Shown in pieces: positions 25,794-29,091 of a stretch of DNA of 29,091 nucleotides; position 1 is the first letter of the stretch; every line of letters begins with the position of its first letter. Source of the DNA: a virus. Its lineage: Duplodnaviria; Caudoviricetes. The notes beneath the pieces are model-generated. The model was given only the letters and a program-made list of their open reading frames with translations, had not been told where the DNA came from and did not search any database. The stretch spans positions 1-29,091 of IMG/VR virus record IMGVR_UViG_3300030372_001012, one strand, 5' to 3'. Position numbers and translations under genes: made by a program.

Positions 25794-26837
25794 ATGGCTC
25801 AAGCAACTAATTATTTCCCAAGTCAGAATGTGAGCGTATGGCTTGAGAAAGAAACAAAAGTGGGCAGAAGTCAAGACGATACTGTAGATAATGCAGGATT
25901 GAAAAAGCTACAGGTAACATCATTCACGATACCTGAAGCATCTGTACCATTAGAATTTTCATCAGCAAGAAGTGGACAATTCGTTACCACAGCAACGCAA
26001 GGACATCACTCACAAGGGACTAAATTGTGGACATTTGATACTGTGTTAAGAGGTACACCAACATCGGTATTACTAGCAACAGAAGCGGTATTTGAAGATG
26101 CTTCTAGTGAAGCTGCATTGAACAATAATTACGCATTTCCGACAGTATCATACAAGCACGACTCAACCACATCTCCTGCTACATTTAATCTAAGATTTAT
26201 AGATGCAGGTGCAGATGCGACTTTGCACAATGTAGTGCTTAGGGGCTGTGTTGGTACTGGCTTTACACTAACAGAAGATATTGGTAGTGAGGGCGGAGAA
26301 TTAGTCTGCACAATTAGTTGGGCTACGGCTTATATGCCTGATAATGTATCAGCACAAGCAGATGATGATATTGGAAGTGCAGAATATGACACAGGAACAC
26401 CAAAGAACATTAGAAGTTTAGCTTCAGGCTCAACTGGTATTAATGGTGGTGCATTGGAAGAACTTGTGATACAATCTTGGGAATTATCTGTACAAAGAAC
26501 AATAGAAAGAATACACTACGCAGACACAACAAATGGAAGCTATGAACCTTTTGGGTATGCAATGACTGGTGGTTTTGATGTTACTGGCTCAATGACAGTA
26601 ATTAGAAATGACGATGTACATGACCTAATAGATGGTGGCGAGTTTCACAATAGTACAGCAGTAGATATTAATATTGCAGAAGCATCTGATTTTGCAATAG
26701 CACTTGATAGGTGTCTATTAGGTGAAGCGACTATTGATAATGGTGGTGCAGTATTGACAAACACTATACCATTTACAGTAGTGGGAGCAGACGATATTTC
26801 ATCAGCAACTAAAATGTTAGGGATTACAATAGCATAA
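25794..26837 (+). CDS. Major tail tube protein
   Basis: 347 aa beta-rich; position before the frameshifted chaperones and tape measure. Confidence 0.78.
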   Translation: MAQATNYFPSQNVSVWLEKETKVGRSQDDTVDNAGLKKLQVTSFTIPEASVPLEFSSARSGQFVTTATQGHHSQGTKLWTFDTVLRGTPTSVLLATEAVFEDASSEAALNNNYAFPTVSYKHDSTTSPATFNLRFIDAGADATLHNVVLRGCVGTGFTLTEDIGSEGGELVCTISWATAYMPDNVSAQADDDIGSAEYDTGTPKNIRSLASGSTGINGGALEELVIQSWELSVQRTIERIHYADTTNGSYEPFGYAMTGGFDVTGSMTVIRNDDVHDLIDGGEFHNSTAVDINIAEASDFAIALDRCLLGEATIDNGGAVLTNTIPFTVVGADDISSATKMLGITIA

Positions 26838-27100
26838 TGAAAGCAACTATTACAGGGGAAAATAAGAAGAAAATCGAATTTGGGGTTAATGCACTTAATC
26901 TTGATGACAGAGGTGTGTTCAATAATACATATCACAAAGCAGAGTTGTCTGACCCTATGGATTGGACATCATTTGCTAAGTGTTGTTTATTAGGCACAGA
27001 CTTTGATGAAGAAAAGTTAAATGAATTGACTGACATAGAGATTATCTTAATTGCTAAAGAATGTTACTTAGTAATTAATAAAAAAAAAGTGAAGAAATAA
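26837..27100 (+). CDS. Tail assembly chaperone (lambda gpG analogue)
   Basis: Between tail tube and tape measure; ends in a slippery A9 run. Confidence 0.8.
   Translation: MKATITGENKKKIEFGVNALNLDDRGVFNNTYHKAELSDPMDWTSFAKCCLLGTDFDEEKLNELTDIEIILIAKECYLVINKKKVKK
27080..27088 (+). other. Programmed -1 ribosomal frameshift site (AAT AAA AAA AAA GTG)
   Basis: A9 run; the -1 frame is open (KKSEEIKLRLNVQISLNGLQ...) to 27504. Confidence 0.8.
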
Positions 27101-27504
27101 AACTTCGTCTTAATGTACAGATTTCATTGAACGGATTGCAGGGTAAGTATAGTTTACCACACGAGTTTCCTTACGATGCTATAAATCCAATGACTGTACG
27201 ACAACAAACATTTAATTCTATAGATGATGTGGATATGGTCTTAAATGAATGTTATGACAAATGTGTGGAGAAAGGGTTTAGTCGTTTGGGAGAAGCATTA
27301 TATCAGCAATCATTGTTCATAGTAAACGATGTATTGCTTTTAGATGAGGATATGCAAAATCTGATTAAGAAATATCAATTCTGTAAGAAGTTTAATGCTC
27401 CTCCATACCCATCCCTACAAGACACACCTGCAAACATAGTAGAATCGTTTATGATTATAGATGACGAGATAACACAATTCAGCACAAAGGAAAAGAATGG
27501 CTAA
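27088..27504 (+). CDS. Tail assembly chaperone C-terminal extension (gpT part of a gpGT fusion)
   Basis: -1 frame relative to the 26837 ORF; no clear RBS for the TTG at 27127. Confidence 0.75.
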   Translation, partial: SEEIKLRLNVQISLNGLQGKYSLPHEFPYDAINPMTVRQQTFNSIDDVDMVLNECYDKCVEKGFSRLGEALYQQSLFIVNDVLLLDEDMQNLIKKYQFCKKFNAPPYPSLQDTPANIVESFMIIDDEITQFSTKEKNG

Positions 27505-29074
27505 TAGAACTACATACGAAATACTCGCCAAAACAAAAGGCTTTAAAGATTCTGAAAAGCAGGTCAAAGGATTAAATGGTGCGTTAGGTGGATTAGCACA
27601 GAAAGCATTAGCTGTGGGCGGTGCATATTTTGGTGCTAGAGCATTACTAGATGGTGTGAACGCATCTATACAAGCATTTAGTCAGCAAGAGGTTGCAGAG
27701 AAAAAACTAGAACAAGCACTAGGTAGAACATCACAAGCGTTGTTAGACCAAGCGACTGCATTGCAAAATGTGACAACTTTTGGTGACGATGCTATAATTG
27801 CACAACAAGGATTTTTAGCATCTATTGGTATGACTGAAGAACAAATAAAAGACATATTACCAGTAGCAGCAGATTTAGCGGCAGCAACTGGAATGACACT
27901 TGAATCAGCAGTTAGGAATACAGCTAAAACATTTAGTGGTCTTGCAGGTGAACTTGGAGAACTAGTACCTCAGTTGCGTGATTTATCTCCTGAAGCAATG
28001 AAGGCAGGAGAAGCAGTTACTGTTATGGCTGATTTATTTAAAGGTCAAGCTATTGTTCAATCCCAATCATTAGAAGGAATGACGATAAGAGTGCAAAATG
28101 CTATGGGCGATATGGCTCAAGAAATAGGTAGATTTTTAGCACCTGCTGTAAGAGGTTTAGCTGATGAATTTTTAAGAATGTCAGGGAACTCAACAGAGGT
28201 TGAAGATATTTTGCATGATTTGGTAAGTGTGCAACAACAGATAAGGATAGCAGAGTTAGAACTTGAAGCAGGTATGAGAGGTTCTAATCAAGCAAGAATA
28301 GATAGTCTTAAATCAAGAGAAAATGAACTGCAGATACTTGCTAGAAAAGCAGGATTAAATGCAGAAGAAATTGATGGATTTACTGATACTCTTGATATGT
28401 TAAGTATGGATGAAGAAGCGAGGATTAGACTTAACGCACTTATGGAACAAGGTGTTATTCAAAAATTAGACCTTGCAAATGCGACAAGCATTGAAAATAT
28501 GTTGTATACAGAGCAGGGAACTATAATATCAGATTTAACAGAAGAACAATTAAAAGCATTTAAGAAAAGACAAAGATTGGCTAAAATATCTGAAAAAGTG
28601 GTTGTAATGTCAAATAGTAATATTTTGGGTAGTTTTGCAACACTTAATGAAGCTGTTGCAGGAAATGCACAAGTGACTAAGGGCTTGACTATGGCTCAAG
28701 CGTTAGCAGACACATACGCAGGTGCAAATAGTGCATTAAGAGAAGGTACTGGTATTACAAAATTTATACAAGCCGCAGCAATTATAGCACAAGGACTTGC
28801 TAATGTTAAAAGAATAGATAGTGCATATAAAAAACAAGGTGCACAATATGGTTTTGAAGGTATGGTAGATGAGCCTACTCAGTTCACAGTCGGTGAGGGC
28901 GGAGCAGCAGAGTATGTATCTGTACAACCAATGGAAGGTGTAAACAATGCAGGTGGTGGCGGAATAAATATAAACATCTCAGGCAATGTAATGTCAGAAC
29001 AATTCGTAGAAGAAGAACTAGCAGAAAGAATAAGTGAAGCTGTCCGCAAGGGCGTAGACTTTGGTATGTCTTAA
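27497..29074 (+). CDS. Tape measure protein (525 aa)
   Basis: Ala/Leu/Gln-rich helical protein with TTFGDD..I..Q..L and VGEGGAAEYV motifs; follows the chaperones. Confidence 0.9.
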   Translation: MANRTTYEILAKTKGFKDSEKQVKGLNGALGGLAQKALAVGGAYFGARALLDGVNASIQAFSQQEVAEKKLEQALGRTSQALLDQATALQNVTTFGDDAIIAQQGFLASIGMTEEQIKDILPVAADLAAATGMTLESAVRNTAKTFSGLAGELGELVPQLRDLSPEAMKAGEAVTVMADLFKGQAIVQSQSLEGMTIRVQNAMGDMAQEIGRFLAPAVRGLADEFLRMSGNSTEVEDILHDLVSVQQQIRIAELELEAGMRGSNQARIDSLKSRENELQILARKAGLNAEEIDGFTDTLDMLSMDEEARIRLNALMEQGVIQKLDLANATSIENMLYTEQGTIISDLTEEQLKAFKKRQRLAKISEKVVVMSNSNILGSFATLNEAVAGNAQVTKGLTMAQALADTYAGANSALREGTGITKFIQAAAIIAQGLANVKRIDSAYKKQGAQYGFEGMVDEPTQFTVGEGGAAEYVSVQPMEGVNNAGGGGININISGNVMSEQFVEEELAERISEAVRKGVDFGMS

Positions 29075-29091
29075 TGATTAACTTACCTGAT
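29000..29091. repeat. Terminal direct repeat, copy 2 (circular overlap)
   Basis: Identical to 1-92. Confidence 0.97.

Noticed and set aside
1097-26935. Minus-strand ORFs in the track (e.g. 1097-1480, 18252-18848, 22729-23295)
   Set aside because: They are antisense shadows of well-supported + strand genes, with no recognisable motifs or RBS.
1-29091. Stop-codon reassignment
   Set aside because: Standard code gives dense, full-length genes with tight stop/start coupling.

Overview
The window is an apparently complete, circularly closed tailed-phage genome (siphovirus-like Caudoviricetes) of about 28,999 bp. Bases 1-92 are repeated exactly at 29000-29091. All credible genes lie on the + strand, often coupled by TAATG/ATGA overlaps. 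An early/replication block (6.2-11.6 kb) encodes a single-strand annealing protein, a degenerate GIY-YIG/NUMOD3 protein, a SpoVG-like protein, a C5 DNA methyltransferase, an HTH protein, a replication initiator with internal ori-like repeats, and RusA. Next come packaging/head genes (TerS, TerL, portal, minor head, scaffold, capsid), a lysis cassette (M15 endolysin, metallophosphoesterase, holin-like genes) and fibre-like virion genes. The tail genes (tube, -1 frameshifted chaperones, tape measure) continue across the window junction into a 1429-aa tail-tip protein. No integrase, clear repressor, polymerase, tRNA or CRISPR was seen. Most notable observations: (1) an ~86-nt structured RNA after the replication gene, with segments complementary to the ribosome-binding regions of several phage genes, a candidate trans-acting antisense switch reminiscent of P4 CI / P1 C4; (2) a tail-tip protein ending in PKD-like plus dockerin domains, followed by a possible cohesin-like gene; (3) a GIY-YIG protein that seems to lack its catalytic residues but keeps an intact ORF; (4) apparent genome-wide avoidance of GATC and some other motifs. 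All family calls come from motif recognition by eye, not database searches.
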